60,098 bases of DNA from Spirochaetaceae bacterium (GCA_003552985.1 PUPD01000227.1:1-60098); one strand, 5' to 3'. Counted from the stretch's first letter, positions 23,605 to 33,608 are shown. Notes: a model not told the origin generated them from the letters alone. Numbers and translations: made by a program.

Positions 23605-24849
23605 TCAATGCCGACCATCTGCAGGGGGAACGCCATTGTCACGGTGGCGTCGCATCTCTTCCAGCAGTTGGTAGCAATACAACTGCATGCGGGGCAGATG
23701 GAAAGGCCCCTTCCAGAGATTGCCTTTCAGTGGTGTCGAGAGGCGCCCGTCGCGGTGAAAATACCCGAACCATTCGCCGTACTCATCGTCCGGGAACAGT
23801 GAGTACGTCCAATCGTGAATCTGCTCGTGCATTCGTTGATACTTGGGGTCATCGGTCAGGAAATAAGCCAGTAGCGTCGCGATAATCGTCTCGTTCTGCG
23901 GCCACCAAAACTTCATATCGTGATGGTACTCGGTACACGGCCGATTCGTGACGTCCCGGAAATAGATTATCCCTCCATATTCCTGATCCCATCCCAAGTC
24001 CCAGGCCCAATCGAGCATTTTGCAGCCAAGCGCGATCAGCCGCGCGTCACCGCCTCGCAGCCGTGCTTCGTGGAGAATGAACCATGCAACTTCGATTACG
24101 TGCCCGGGGGTTACAAGCCTGCCGTCGAAGTGGTCCAGGTACTCTCCGTTGCTGCCCACATGCTCAAGTACGATACCCTCATCTTCACGCACGAACTCGG
24201 TGGCAACTTCGGCTATTGCGTCGTCTATCCAGGCATCGCAGGATGAATCGGGCCGCGCCAGACGGAGCACCTGTGCGATATTGATCCTCAGCATGCACGA
24301 CCCGAGCGACTTCATCGGCCGCGTCGAGGCGTCGACCTTTGGCGACAGCCGCGTTGGGTTATTGGAATAATCCAGAATGAACCGCATCAGATCAAAGGCT
24401 CGGTCTATTTTCGCCTCATCACCGGCGGCCCTCCCGTAGGCAGCAAACGCCGACACCGCAAATCCTTCGGTCGCCAGATACCGTCGCTTGCGCAGCGGTT
24501 TTCCCTCTCGCGTAACCTGAAAGAACATTTTGCCGTCGTCGTCGAACCCAAAGCGTTCGATGAACTCCAACCCATGTTTCGCGGCGTCAAGCCATTCACG
24601 GCGGGGCTCGACCTCCGCATAGAGAGTTGACAACAGCCAAACGAAGCGCGATTGGATCCACATGCCTTTGTCGGTGTCAAGAACAGACCCATCACGATCA
24701 AGGCAGAACAAGAATCCCCCGGCTTCCCTATCCACGCTATGACGCAGCCAGAACGGAACGGTATCCTCCAAGAGACCGCTTCGGTATACCCGGAGAAGCT
24801 CTTCCATGCGGGCCGTTGTCAAGGCCTGGTAGCGTGCGTCGTTTCTCAT
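23605..24849 (-). CDS. N-acylglucosamine 2-epimerase (AGE family)
   Basis: CLDRDGSVLDTDK, QSRFVW, PGHVIEVAWF, KFWWPQNETIIA, KGNLWKGPFHLPR. Confidence 0.9.
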   Translation of the reverse strand: MRNDARYQALTTARMEELLRVYRSGLLEDTVPFWLRHSVDREAGGFLFCLDRDGSVLDTDKGMWIQSRFVWLLSTLYAEVEPRREWLDAAKHGLEFIERFGFDDDGKMFFQVTREGKPLRKRRYLATEGFAVSAFAAYGRAAGDEAKIDRAFDLMRFILDYSNNPTRLSPKVDASTRPMKSLGSCMLRINIAQVLRLARPDSSCDAWIDDAIAEVATEFVREDEGIVLEHVGSNGEYLDHFDGRLVTPGHVIEVAWFILHEARLRGGDARLIALGCKMLDWAWDLGWDQEYGGIIYFRDVTNRPCTEYHHDMKFWWPQNETIIATLLAYFLTDDPKYQRMHEQIHDWTYSLFPDDEYGEWFGYFHRDGRLSTPLKGNLWKGPFHLPRMQLYCYQLLEEMRRHRDNGVPPADGRH

Positions 24850-24940
24850 CTCTTGTCTCCTGTTTACCGCTGCTGTGAGTCTGTAGGTGCCGTGCGCATA
24901 TTCTTGCCGCAGAACAAGGCGACGTTCAGAGCACGGCCGC

Positions 24941-25786
24941 TTATCCCTTTACGGCCCCCGCGGTCATTCCCTGGATGATCGTTCGCTGCGCAACGAAAAT
25001 GAAGATCATCGTCGGTATACTCGCCATCGTAATCGCAGCCGCCATAGGTCCCCAGGCGACAGCGTAGGATGTAATAAAGAACGAGGTCCCTACGGGAGCA
25101 GTGATCACCCGGCGGAAGCTAAGCACTACCGCAAATATGAACTCGTTCCAACTCAGGATAAAGCCCAGAATCGCAACCGCCGCGATTCCCGGTTTGATCG
25201 TCGGTATAAGAATGCGAAACAGCAACTGCGGAGTGGTAGCGCCATCGACGATTGCCGCTTCCTCGAGCTCTTTCGGCAACTCCTGAACGAACCCTACCAG
25301 CAACAGCAAAGCCGTCGGCGAAATGAAAAGCGTATGCATCAGTATTATCGCGAGGTGCGTGTCGATAAGGTTGAAGCGGCTGAAAACCACGTACACTGGA
25401 ATGGCAAAGCTTAACGCCGGCATCAAGCGCACAAGCAAGGTAGTACCAAGGACGAAATCACCGAGCCCCCGGTATCGAACAATGCTGTACGCAGCCGGTA
25501 CGGTAATAAACAATGCTGCAGCCACTGAGCCCAACGCAATCACCAGACTGTTATACAGATAGACGCCGAAATTATACCCCCCGGTTGCTATCGCTACGAG
25601 ATAGTTGACCATTGTGGGCTCGAATATCCATTTCGGCGGCGAGACCGAGATATCGGCCGGCGTCATAAACGAGGTTCGTATGTTGGTTATGATCCCGATC
25701 AGGAAGACCAGAATGACGATGAGAACCGTTAGTGCGGTCAATCCGGCCCCGATTCGCCGGCGTGTAGACTTGGTCATGTTGATCAT
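24941..25786 (-). CDS. Carbohydrate ABC transporter permease (MalG-like)
   Basis: EAA loop LPKELEEAAIVDGAT, SWNEF, C-terminal GMTAGAVKG. Confidence 0.93.
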   Translation of the reverse strand: MINMTKSTRRRIGAGLTALTVLIVILVFLIGIITNIRTSFMTPADISVSPPKWIFEPTMVNYLVAIATGGYNFGVYLYNSLVIALGSVAAALFITVPAAYSIVRYRGLGDFVLGTTLLVRLMPALSFAIPVYVVFSRFNLIDTHLAIILMHTLFISPTALLLLVGFVQELPKELEEAAIVDGATTPQLLFRILIPTIKPGIAAVAILGFILSWNEFIFAVVLSFRRVITAPVGTSFFITSYAVAWGPMAAAITMASIPTMIFIFVAQRTIIQGMTAGAVKG

Positions 25787-26655
25787 CGCACCCCCCTGAT
25801 CATCCGTCTCACGAGCAGGAGCGCCGGTATCAGCAGCATCAAGGCGATAAGGAATGAAGCAGCATTCGCCACACCGAAATCACTGCGCTCGAACGCCCGG
25901 CGATACACAAAAATACTGACGCTCTGCGTAAACGTGCCGGGCCCACCTCCTGTGAGGGCGAAAACCATCTCAAAGATCACGAAGTTCTGCAGCAGACGCT
26001 CAGCAAAGGTTATACCGAGAATCGGAAAAATCGACGGCAAGGTGACGTTACGCCACCGCTGCCAGACACTGCAGCCGTCCACCGTAGCGGCTTCCAGCGT
26101 GTCTCGATTCACTCCCTGCATTGCCGAGTATGCATTCAGGAACACCATCGGGGTTCTGTTCACGACGTTCGCCCAGACCAAGGTATAGAAGACAAACCGC
26201 ATTCCGAGCAGTGCCGTCGTTCCCGTTATGCCACTCAGCAGATACGACACCGGCCCGACAGCCTCGTGAAACAACAAACGGAACATCGTTCCCATCAGCA
26301 CCGGCGAAATCATCAAAGGCAACATGTAGAGCGTTATGGCAAGCCCTTTCGCCGGAAACCGGCGGTTGTAAAGAGTTGCAACGCTGACGCCGATTAGCAT
26401 TTCCACAGCCACTGAGCTCAGCGCAAAACCCAGACTCCATCTGAGCGCGTACCGAAACCCGCTCGACTCGAGTATCAATAGGTAATTGTCAAACCCTACC
26501 CAACTCGGCCGATGCAAGGTAGCCAGCCTGGCATGATGCAGGCTCAGCCAAGCACCGTAGAGCATCGGAACGAGTGAAAACGCCAATAACCATAGAATCA
26601 GGGGCATAAGCAGGAGTATTGAAACCCGCCGACGATGCCTGCTTAAGTCCTGCAT
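25783..26655 (-). CDS. Carbohydrate ABC transporter permease (MalF-like)
   Basis: Start ATG 26655 after GAGGTG; VGFDNY, LEAATVDGCS..QRWRNVTLP, LTGGGPG. Confidence 0.92.
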   Translation of the reverse strand: MQDLSRHRRRVSILLLMPLILWLLAFSLVPMLYGAWLSLHHARLATLHRPSWVGFDNYLLILESSGFRYALRWSLGFALSSVAVEMLIGVSVATLYNRRFPAKGLAITLYMLPLMISPVLMGTMFRLLFHEAVGPVSYLLSGITGTTALLGMRFVFYTLVWANVVNRTPMVFLNAYSAMQGVNRDTLEAATVDGCSVWQRWRNVTLPSIFPILGITFAERLLQNFVIFEMVFALTGGGPGTFTQSVSIFVYRRAFERSDFGVANAASFLIALMLLIPALLLVRRMIRGVR

Positions 26656-26892
26656 TTCAAATAACACCTCGCTGTTCTTGGGGGATTCTGGAGTTCCCGT
26701 GGGATCAAAGGCCTGCAATGCGCACCACCGCGCATGCTGCATGCAAGGCCACCGCACCGCCTAGGGAACACGTTAAGTATACCACAATTTCTGATGCTGC
26801 GACTCAGCTACTTACGGCGGATCACCGTTCAATCCGCAATCCGGTCCGGGGCCGAGCTGAGGTCTCAGCGGTAAGCCCGTTTGCGCAATGAT

Positions 26893-26942
26893 CTGAGCCT
26901 GCCTTCACTGGCGAGGATCACCCCCGTGCGAGGCAGGCCCAG
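26893..26942. other. Intergenic stem-loop downstream of the SBP gene
   Basis: ctgagcctgccttcac...gtgcgaggcaggcccag imperfect inverted repeat; the loop reads GGGGGTGATCC on the mRNA strand. Confidence 0.5.
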
Positions 26943-27016
26943 ACGATCTTGAACGTCAGCACGCCTTCACGCCGGCTCCGGGCAGCACGGCGTTCAAGCG
27001 GGATGCGGCATCGTGC

Positions 27017-28432
27017 TTAGTCAGCAGCCAACTCTCCTGCTTCGATATCGGCCATCACCTGATCTATTTCCCGCTGGGCTTCCCTTTGCAGACCCGAAAG
27101 CGCGGTATCAAAGTCGACACTACCGGTCCAGGCATCCGAAAGATACTCCGCAGCCATCACCTCGATTGCGCCGGTTTGCGGCGGCAAGGCCCGGCCATAG
27201 CGTCCGAGCACGCCGGCCATGACGTCAAAGTCAGGACGAAGGTCGGTCAGCCCGGCCAATATGTCTTCGACCGGAGGTATACCACCCGCTTCGCCATAGA
27301 TCTGGTTCGCTTCGTCGGTGAAGAGCCAGGTCAAGAATATCGCGGTTTGCTCCTTGTGGCGTGAGTTCGGATTGAGCGCATAACCGAGCGAGTGGTTGTA
27401 GCTGAAGCGGCCTTCCGGACCAGCCGGCGGCGCAACAATACCGAACTTGCCCTGCATCGGTGAGTCCTCGGTTTCGATAACGGTCGAGTAAGCAGCGTTC
27501 CAATGGACGCCCATCGCAACCTGACCGGCGAGCATCGCCTCGTTAGCTTCCGGATACTCCCCTGTGACAGACCCGGGAGGAGTGAGCCCCTGGTCGAACT
27601 TGGTATGCCAGATGCGCAATGCTTCGCGCGCCGCGTCGGTGTCAAACACGACGTTCCCGTCGTCATCATACCAATCACCACCGTAACCCCAATACGCGTT
27701 GGTCCACAGGAAACCGGTGGGCCCCATCACCCGTCCGTGCGTAAATGTTCCGTACTCAGTTGGGGAGTCCGGGTTGTACTCTTGCGTAAAGAAGTAAGCT
27801 GCGGCCAAATAGTCATCCCAGGTCCAATCATCAGGATCCTTGGGGTCAAGCGCTTCACCGACATACTCTGCGCTGATCTCCCGATACAGCTCCTGCCACT
27901 CCTCGTTCTCAAGCAGTTCTTCAATGAGGTCCCGGCGATAGTACAGGTAATGAACGCTTACATCGCGCGGGACACCCATCAGTTGGTCGCGATAATAGTA
28001 AGGCGACATAACGCCGCTCATAAAGTTGTCCGGAGAGGCGCCCCACGGGTTAGTTTCAGGATTCTCGATATACTCATCGAGCGGCTCCAAGAACGGCAGA
28101 TAGCGGCCGTAACGCACACTTCCTATCTGAAACACATCAACTTCGGAGCTCCCGGCGGCCATGATCGCTTCCTGCCTCAGATGCATTTGATCACGTCCGA
28201 ACAGGACCACCGACACGTAGATGCCTTTTTCAGGGCCGATCTCACTGTTCCAATGGTTGGCAACGGATTCAAACGCATCGGATTCGGGTCCGGGCCACAG
28301 GATGATCTGGACGGTCACATCACCGTCCACCTCCTCTGCGGCACCACGCGCAAACAGCGCAGCCACTGCAAAGACCGAAACCATCACAACGACGCCGGCA
28401 ATTAGCAGGCGACGCAATCGGTATCTTTTCAT
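27017..28432 (-). CDS. Sugar ABC transporter substrate-binding protein
   Basis: Signal peptide ending FARGAAEE, YLYYRRDL, WTWDDYL, GQVAMGVHW; very acidic; upstream of two permeases. Confidence 0.9.
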   Translation of the reverse strand: MKRYRLRRLLIAGVVVMVSVFAVAALFARGAAEEVDGDVTVQIILWPGPESDAFESVANHWNSEIGPEKGIYVSVVLFGRDQMHLRQEAIMAAGSSEVDVFQIGSVRYGRYLPFLEPLDEYIENPETNPWGASPDNFMSGVMSPYYYRDQLMGVPRDVSVHYLYYRRDLIEELLENEEWQELYREISAEYVGEALDPKDPDDWTWDDYLAAAYFFTQEYNPDSPTEYGTFTHGRVMGPTGFLWTNAYWGYGGDWYDDDGNVVFDTDAAREALRIWHTKFDQGLTPPGSVTGEYPEANEAMLAGQVAMGVHWNAAYSTVIETEDSPMQGKFGIVAPPAGPEGRFSYNHSLGYALNPNSRHKEQTAIFLTWLFTDEANQIYGEAGGIPPVEDILAGLTDLRPDFDVMAGVLGRYGRALPPQTGAIEVMAAEYLSDAWTGSVDFDTALSGLQREAQREIDQVMADIEAGELAAD

Positions 28433-28666
28433 GTTTCTGTCCTCCTTGTTTCTTCCTTACTTTCACACACCTTGGTGTTTTTAGGCGGAATCCGCACCCC
28501 GCCCCTTCTCAGACCAGCTGTTACTCTACCCGGATCACCTCCCCCGACCGGTTCGGCTCGGACCGCAAAGCAGCTTGCTTACCCTGGTTTGCCGCCGCCT
28601 GTCTAACCGGCCGCCACATTCTCAGTAATATTTTTCTAACTGTTTTGTCAACTTCTATATGAACAA

Positions 28667-28695
28667 ATACTACAATTGAGCTGAGCCGCTGTCAA
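28667..28695 (-). promoter_or_regulatory. sigma70-type promoter for the SBP-permease-epimerase operon
   Basis: TTGACA-17 nt-TAGTAT in an AT-rich island; implies a ~230-nt leader. Confidence 0.65.
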
Positions 28696-28836
28696 TGTGA
28701 TTTCGGCAAATGGCCGGCGCATCATTTTGTAAGAGCTCCAACCACCCACGAATTGGGTTGCACATCGCGAGATCGCGTGACATTATCATCGATGCAGTGT
28801 TACAGATCACCACGATGCAGTGTACAGCGGAGTGAT

Positions 28837-30969
28837 ATGACGGTAAAGACGCCCCTCGAACGCCTCGGGTACGGGTTCATCCCGGAACAGTACTTACCCC
28901 CAGGCCGAGATGAGTATTATCTACGGAATGAACAGTCGAACGGCGTACGGTACCGCGATCTCACCACTGCCGAGATCGCCCGGCTTGAAGCGAACGGCAA
29001 CCGTGCCGTCCACTGGGGAGACGTGAAGGTTGAGGACGGGTTTGACCCCGATCTGATACAGGGCAGCCGGTTCTACGGATTGGTCCGAATTCGAAGCCTC
29101 GGGCAGTACTATCTTACTTTTCACGACCTAAAGGCGCCGGTCGGTATCTATGACAGCACGATCATCTCTTCCGACATCGGCGCCGACACTTCAATCACGA
29201 AGGTCGGATACCTGTCTCATTACATCATCCGCGACCGGACGGTTATCGCGCAGGTGGACGAGATTGCCTGCACCAATCATAGCAAGTTCGGCAATGGAAC
29301 CTTGAAAGAAGGGGAGCCCGAAGACGTCCGCATATGGATTGAGCTAGGCAACGAAAACGGCGGCCGCAAGGTACTTCCGTTCAACGGCATGACATCAGCC
29401 GACGCTTACCTATGGTACAAATACCGCGACGATGAAACCCTCATGCAACGCTTTAAGGCGATGACAGAGCGGGAACTCGATCCGCGACGTGGCTACTACG
29501 GCGTAATCGGCAGCGGTTCCGTGATTAAGAGCTGTAGGATAATCAAAGACGTCTTCATCGGTGACAGCGCGTACATCAAGGGCGCGAACAAGCTCAAGAA
29601 TCTTACGATCAACAGCAACCCCAAGGAGCCCACTCAGATCGGTGAAGGGGTGGAACTGGTCAATGGCATTATTGAAGCAGGATCTCGAGTCTTTTATGGG
29701 GTCAAAGCGGTGCGGTTCTATCTGGCTGCTCACGCTTCACTGAAGTACGGCGCACGGCTCCTTAACTCTTATCTAGGAGAGAACTCCACCATTTCATGCT
29801 GCGAGGTGTTGAATTCCTTGATTTTCCCGGCGCATGAGCAACACCACAACAACTCCTTTCTCTGTGCCGCCGCGGTGCTCGGCCAGTCTAACCTCGCTGC
29901 GGGGGCCACGCTCGGCTCAAACCACAACTCGCGTAGCAATGACGGCGAAGTGCTGGCAGGCCGAGGCTTTTGGCCCGGGCTATGTGTCAGCATCAAACAC
30001 AATTGCAGGTTCGCATCTTTTTCGTTGCTCACCAAAGCCGATTATCCGTCAGAGATGCTGATACCTCTGCCATTTGCACTCGTTTCGCGCGACGAGACCG
30101 AGAACCGCCTCCTTATTCTTCCGGCTTACTGGTTTCGGCACAACATGTATGCGCTCGCCCGAAACGCCTGGAAGTTCAAAGCCCGTGATAAGCGAGTGGT
30201 CCGCAAGCTCCTGATTGAGACTGATTATCTTGCACCGGATACAGCTGAGGAAATGTTCGCGGCCTTGGAGTTTCTCGAACAACACATTGGAACTAAGCGT
30301 CTACATTCAGCGGAAGGCGATGAACCGTTCACGCTGCCGGCAGGGCTGCTCGAACGGTCTAACCAATCGCCGCTACTGCTGAAGGCACGGACCGGATACG
30401 AAACGTACCGAAAGATGATACATCTGTACGCGATGAAGTCACTGGTGATCTGGGCCGGCGAGACCGGCAGAGAGTTGCCGGAGATTCCGGCTGAGCTCCG
30501 GGATGCAACGCGTGATTCGTGGGTCAACCTGGGCGGTCAGATGGTTCCCAGCGCACGTGTTGCTCGGTTGCGCGAAGACGTAAAGGAAGGCGTTCTTGCA
30601 ACCTGGGAAGCGCTCCACCAGCGGTATGAGGAGCTCGCAGGGCTGTACTCCATCGACAGAGCGCGACATGCTTTTGCATCGCTCTGCGCTTTGCATGACA
30701 CCTCACCCGAGACTCTCGCTCCCGGCGAGCTGGTCGGTCACCTGCGAGACGCCATACAGTTCAATCGTGAATTGGTAGCCGGGGTTCGCGAGAGCCGCGC
30801 CAAAGACTACACTGAGCCGTTTCGCGCAATCACGTATGATTCTCCGGAAGAGATGGCTGAGGTGATCGGCACGCTCGAAAGCAACGAGTTCATTCGCCAC
30901 GCCGAAGCCGCGGCGCGGGATTTCGAGCGGGAGGCAGGCCGGGTATGCCCGGATTTCGTCTCGCCATAA
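28837..30969 (+). CDS. DUF4954-family protein (left-handed beta-helix-like repeats), function unknown
   Basis: Start ATG 28837 after GGAG; GYGFIPEQYLP..RDEYYLRN, NENGGRKVLPF, HEQHHNNSFL, GSNHNSR recalled as DUF4954 signatures; hexapeptide-like repeats. Confidence 0.7.
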   Translation: MTVKTPLERLGYGFIPEQYLPPGRDEYYLRNEQSNGVRYRDLTTAEIARLEANGNRAVHWGDVKVEDGFDPDLIQGSRFYGLVRIRSLGQYYLTFHDLKAPVGIYDSTIISSDIGADTSITKVGYLSHYIIRDRTVIAQVDEIACTNHSKFGNGTLKEGEPEDVRIWIELGNENGGRKVLPFNGMTSADAYLWYKYRDDETLMQRFKAMTERELDPRRGYYGVIGSGSVIKSCRIIKDVFIGDSAYIKGANKLKNLTINSNPKEPTQIGEGVELVNGIIEAGSRVFYGVKAVRFYLAAHASLKYGARLLNSYLGENSTISCCEVLNSLIFPAHEQHHNNSFLCAAAVLGQSNLAAGATLGSNHNSRSNDGEVLAGRGFWPGLCVSIKHNCRFASFSLLTKADYPSEMLIPLPFALVSRDETENRLLILPAYWFRHNMYALARNAWKFKARDKRVVRKLLIETDYLAPDTAEEMFAALEFLEQHIGTKRLHSAEGDEPFTLPAGLLERSNQSPLLLKARTGYETYRKMIHLYAMKSLVIWAGETGRELPEIPAELRDATRDSWVNLGGQMVPSARVARLREDVKEGVLATWEALHQRYEELAGLYSIDRARHAFASLCALHDTSPETLAPGELVGHLRDAIQFNRELVAGVRESRAKDYTEPFRAITYDSPEEMAEVIGTLESNEFIRHAEAAARDFEREAGRVCPDFVSP

Positions 30970-31050
30970 CGCCGGTGCTTGGCTGTCCGCATGAGTCCCA
31001 ACGCCGATTGAGCCGTTGTGCAGCGTAGGGATCCTAACTATGATCGATTC

Positions 31051-32397
31051 ATGACTTCACGTCCGAATATACTCCTATTTCACTGCCATGATCTTGGTCG
31101 ACATCTCGGCTGTTACGGAATACCTACAGTGCACTCGCCAAACATCGACCGACTGGCGCACGAAGGGGTTCTGTTCTCTAGCAGTTTCTGCGTAGCGCCC
31201 CAATGCAGCCCCAGCCGGGCGGCGATGTTCACCGGCCGCTACCCGCATAGTAACGGGGTGCTCGGCCTGACTCACGAACGGTTTGCGTGGGAGCTGAACC
31301 GCGATGAGTTGCACCTGGCTCAGCTTCTGCAAGACGCCGGCTACCGCACGGCCTCGCTCGGCGTAGTCCATGAGACGCAGCGTAATCCGAGCGACTGGGG
31401 ATACGAGCTGCGATACGAAGCGCGTGAATCCGCGGCTACCGCGACCAGGATCTGTGACGAAACGATTGAGCTTCTCCGGCGGTTTACCAATCACCGCGAT
31501 ACACCGTTCTTCATCTGTGCAGGCGCCTATGAACCGCATCGCCTGTTCGCGACTGACGAAAGCGATTACATGGGGTTTGTGGGAAACGAAATTGAACCGG
31601 ACAGCGATCGCGGAGTATACGTGCCACCCTACCTTAGGACCGATCCAGGGACGATTACAGAGCTTGCCGAGCTCCAGGGAGCAATTCGATACCTCGATCG
31701 GCAGTTCGGGCGCGTACTGCAAGCCATCGACCAACTCGGATTGCGAGACAACACGTTGGTTGTCTTCACGACCGACCACGGCATCGCCATGCCCCGGGCC
31801 AAGTGCTCCTGTTACGATCCCGGACTCGAGATTGCCTTCATACTCCGCTTACCAAGCCGGAATGGGTGGCACGGAGGAAGGACTGTTCACGAGTTGGTCC
31901 CCAATATCGATCTTGCTCCCTCTCTATGCGAACTGATCGGTGCCGAGGTTCCCGAAACTGTCCAGGGTCGAAGCTGGGTTCCGTTGCTCGACGGCGCCGA
32001 TTCCTATGAGCCCAACCGGGTGTTCTTCCCTGAGCTCACGTATCACGACTATTACGACCCGATCCGCGGTATCCGGACTACCGATCACAAGCTGCTCGCG
32101 TTCTTCAGCGCCGCACACAGTTTCATGCCCCCGAATCAGAGTTGGAAGCGCCGATCGTCACCGCGACAACCCGAAAGGCCACCCTTGAGCTATCACCCTG
32201 AGTTTGAGTTATACCACCTGCTGACAGATCCATGGGAACAAGTGAACCTAATTGATGATATGTCCTGTGCCGACGTCAAACGGACTCTCATGCAACGCTT
32301 ATGGCAGCACCTGGTGGCAACGGATGACCCAATCATTCACGGTGCGATCACCTCGCCCATGCACCAATCAGTCGTCAGAATGCTGGGCGAAGCATAA
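31051..32397 (+). CDS. Cys-type formylglycine sulfatase (sulfamidase-like)
   Basis: PNILLFHCHDLG, CSPSRAAMFTGRYPH, TTDHG, ELYHL..DPWE..NL. Confidence 0.92.
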   Translation: MTSRPNILLFHCHDLGRHLGCYGIPTVHSPNIDRLAHEGVLFSSSFCVAPQCSPSRAAMFTGRYPHSNGVLGLTHERFAWELNRDELHLAQLLQDAGYRTASLGVVHETQRNPSDWGYELRYEARESAATATRICDETIELLRRFTNHRDTPFFICAGAYEPHRLFATDESDYMGFVGNEIEPDSDRGVYVPPYLRTDPGTITELAELQGAIRYLDRQFGRVLQAIDQLGLRDNTLVVFTTDHGIAMPRAKCSCYDPGLEIAFILRLPSRNGWHGGRTVHELVPNIDLAPSLCELIGAEVPETVQGRSWVPLLDGADSYEPNRVFFPELTYHDYYDPIRGIRTTDHKLLAFFSAAHSFMPPNQSWKRRSSPRQPERPPLSYHPEFELYHLLTDPWEQVNLIDDMSCADVKRTLMQRLWQHLVATDDPIIHGAITSPMHQSVVRMLGEA

Positions 32398-32446
32398 GCG
32401 ATTCGTCGGGCAGGATCATCGGACCGCTTCGGCACCCCGGAACCGG

Positions 32447-33307
32447 CTACTCGGTGAAATCGAACAGCTGTTCGAGTTCCTCTGCGGCAGGCTGCGCACC
32501 GTATTCGCACAGTTCAAAGGCTTCCGCCTCGATTACCGCCTCTCCGTCGGCCCCATAACGTTCGCGCAACTGCTCACGAAAGCGCTCGGCCACCGATGGC
32601 GTGGCTCGCAGCTTGTAGCGGCCTCGGAGCCAGTCCTTGCGTTCGTCGGATGGAACCGGAACCTCGTGGCTGTAGCCTCCTACCCACGGCAACCATTCAT
32701 ACATCTGGCTCTCATGCTGGTGCAGCATCTCAAGCTTTTCCTCGAAGGTCGCGTCGACCGAAACGACGATCGCCGGATCAAACGGCAGCGGCTGCTTGAA
32801 CGAATCCCACCAGTACAGGATTACAGGATTGAACGGCATAGCCGCTACGTCCGGTGCGATGTTGGGAACCATCAGAGAGTACGCGGCGTCCTGTACCAGC
32901 TGCGAGGTGTAACGGTGGTCGGGATGGTAATCGTTAGGTCGGTTCGTTACGATCATATCCGGTGACACTACGCGGATCGCCCGTATGAGCATAAGCCTGT
33001 TATCGACAGAAGGAACCAGGTACCCGTCAGTCAGCGGCAGAATGTGACTGTCCGCGCCGATAATGCTCGCGGCGCGCCGCGCTTCCTCGGCGCGCCGCGC
33101 AATCAGTTGCGGACCGCCCTGTTCGTGATGTCCTGACTGACCGTTGGTGACGCTCAGGAAGGTAACTTCGTGTCCGTGCCTGCTCCACAGTGCGGCCGTG
33201 CCACTGCACGAAAACTCACAATCATCCGGGTGGGCTCCGATGCACAGGATTCTGAGGCGCCTCGATACCCCGGCGCCTTTGGGCTTGCTGTTGGTATTCG
33301 TCATCAT
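32447..33307 (-). CDS. PIG-L/LmbE-family de-N-acetylase (1)
   Basis: GAHPDDCE, RRAEEA..AA, DYHPDH, HESQ. Confidence 0.9.
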   Translation of the reverse strand: MMTNTNSKPKGAGVSRRLRILCIGAHPDDCEFSCSGTAALWSRHGHEVTFLSVTNGQSGHHEQGGPQLIARRAEEARRAASIIGADSHILPLTDGYLVPSVDNRLMLIRAIRVVSPDMIVTNRPNDYHPDHRYTSQLVQDAAYSLMVPNIAPDVAAMPFNPVILYWWDSFKQPLPFDPAIVVSVDATFEEKLEMLHQHESQMYEWLPWVGGYSHEVPVPSDERKDWLRGRYKLRATPSVAERFREQLRERYGADGEAVIEAEAFELCEYGAQPAAEELEQLFDFTE

Positions 33308-33465
33308 TCACCCCCACGCGTATTGCCTGTAGCAAAATAAGATGAAACCTGATCCTGGATCGTACACTTCAAGGAGAAACTCACGCAACACCTCGGCGAT
33401 GCGAGTGCTGATGGCCACAGAGCCATGCAGGACCGGAGTTTCGGCTATCCACTGTGCAGCAAAGA

Positions 33466-33494
33466 TTGCTTTAACTATTAGTATAATGTATAAT
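33466..33494 (+). promoter_or_regulatory. sigma70-type promoter for PIG-L(2)-ROK-ROK
   Basis: TTGCTT-17 nt-TATAAT in an AT-rich island. Confidence 0.65.
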
Positions 33495-33531
33495 TTATTG
33501 GGTTGTGGGACAGACTTGATCGCGGAGGTTT

Positions 33532-33555
33532 CTTGCCATGGGACTTGCCATGGGA
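33532..33555 (+). repeat. Perfect 12-bp tandem duplication in the leader
   Basis: cttgccatggga x2. Confidence 0.9.
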
Positions 33556-33608
33556 GTAGAGGCGCCACGGTAGCGGTGCCTCATCGAACAACAGTGAAAG
33601 GGTGTTGG

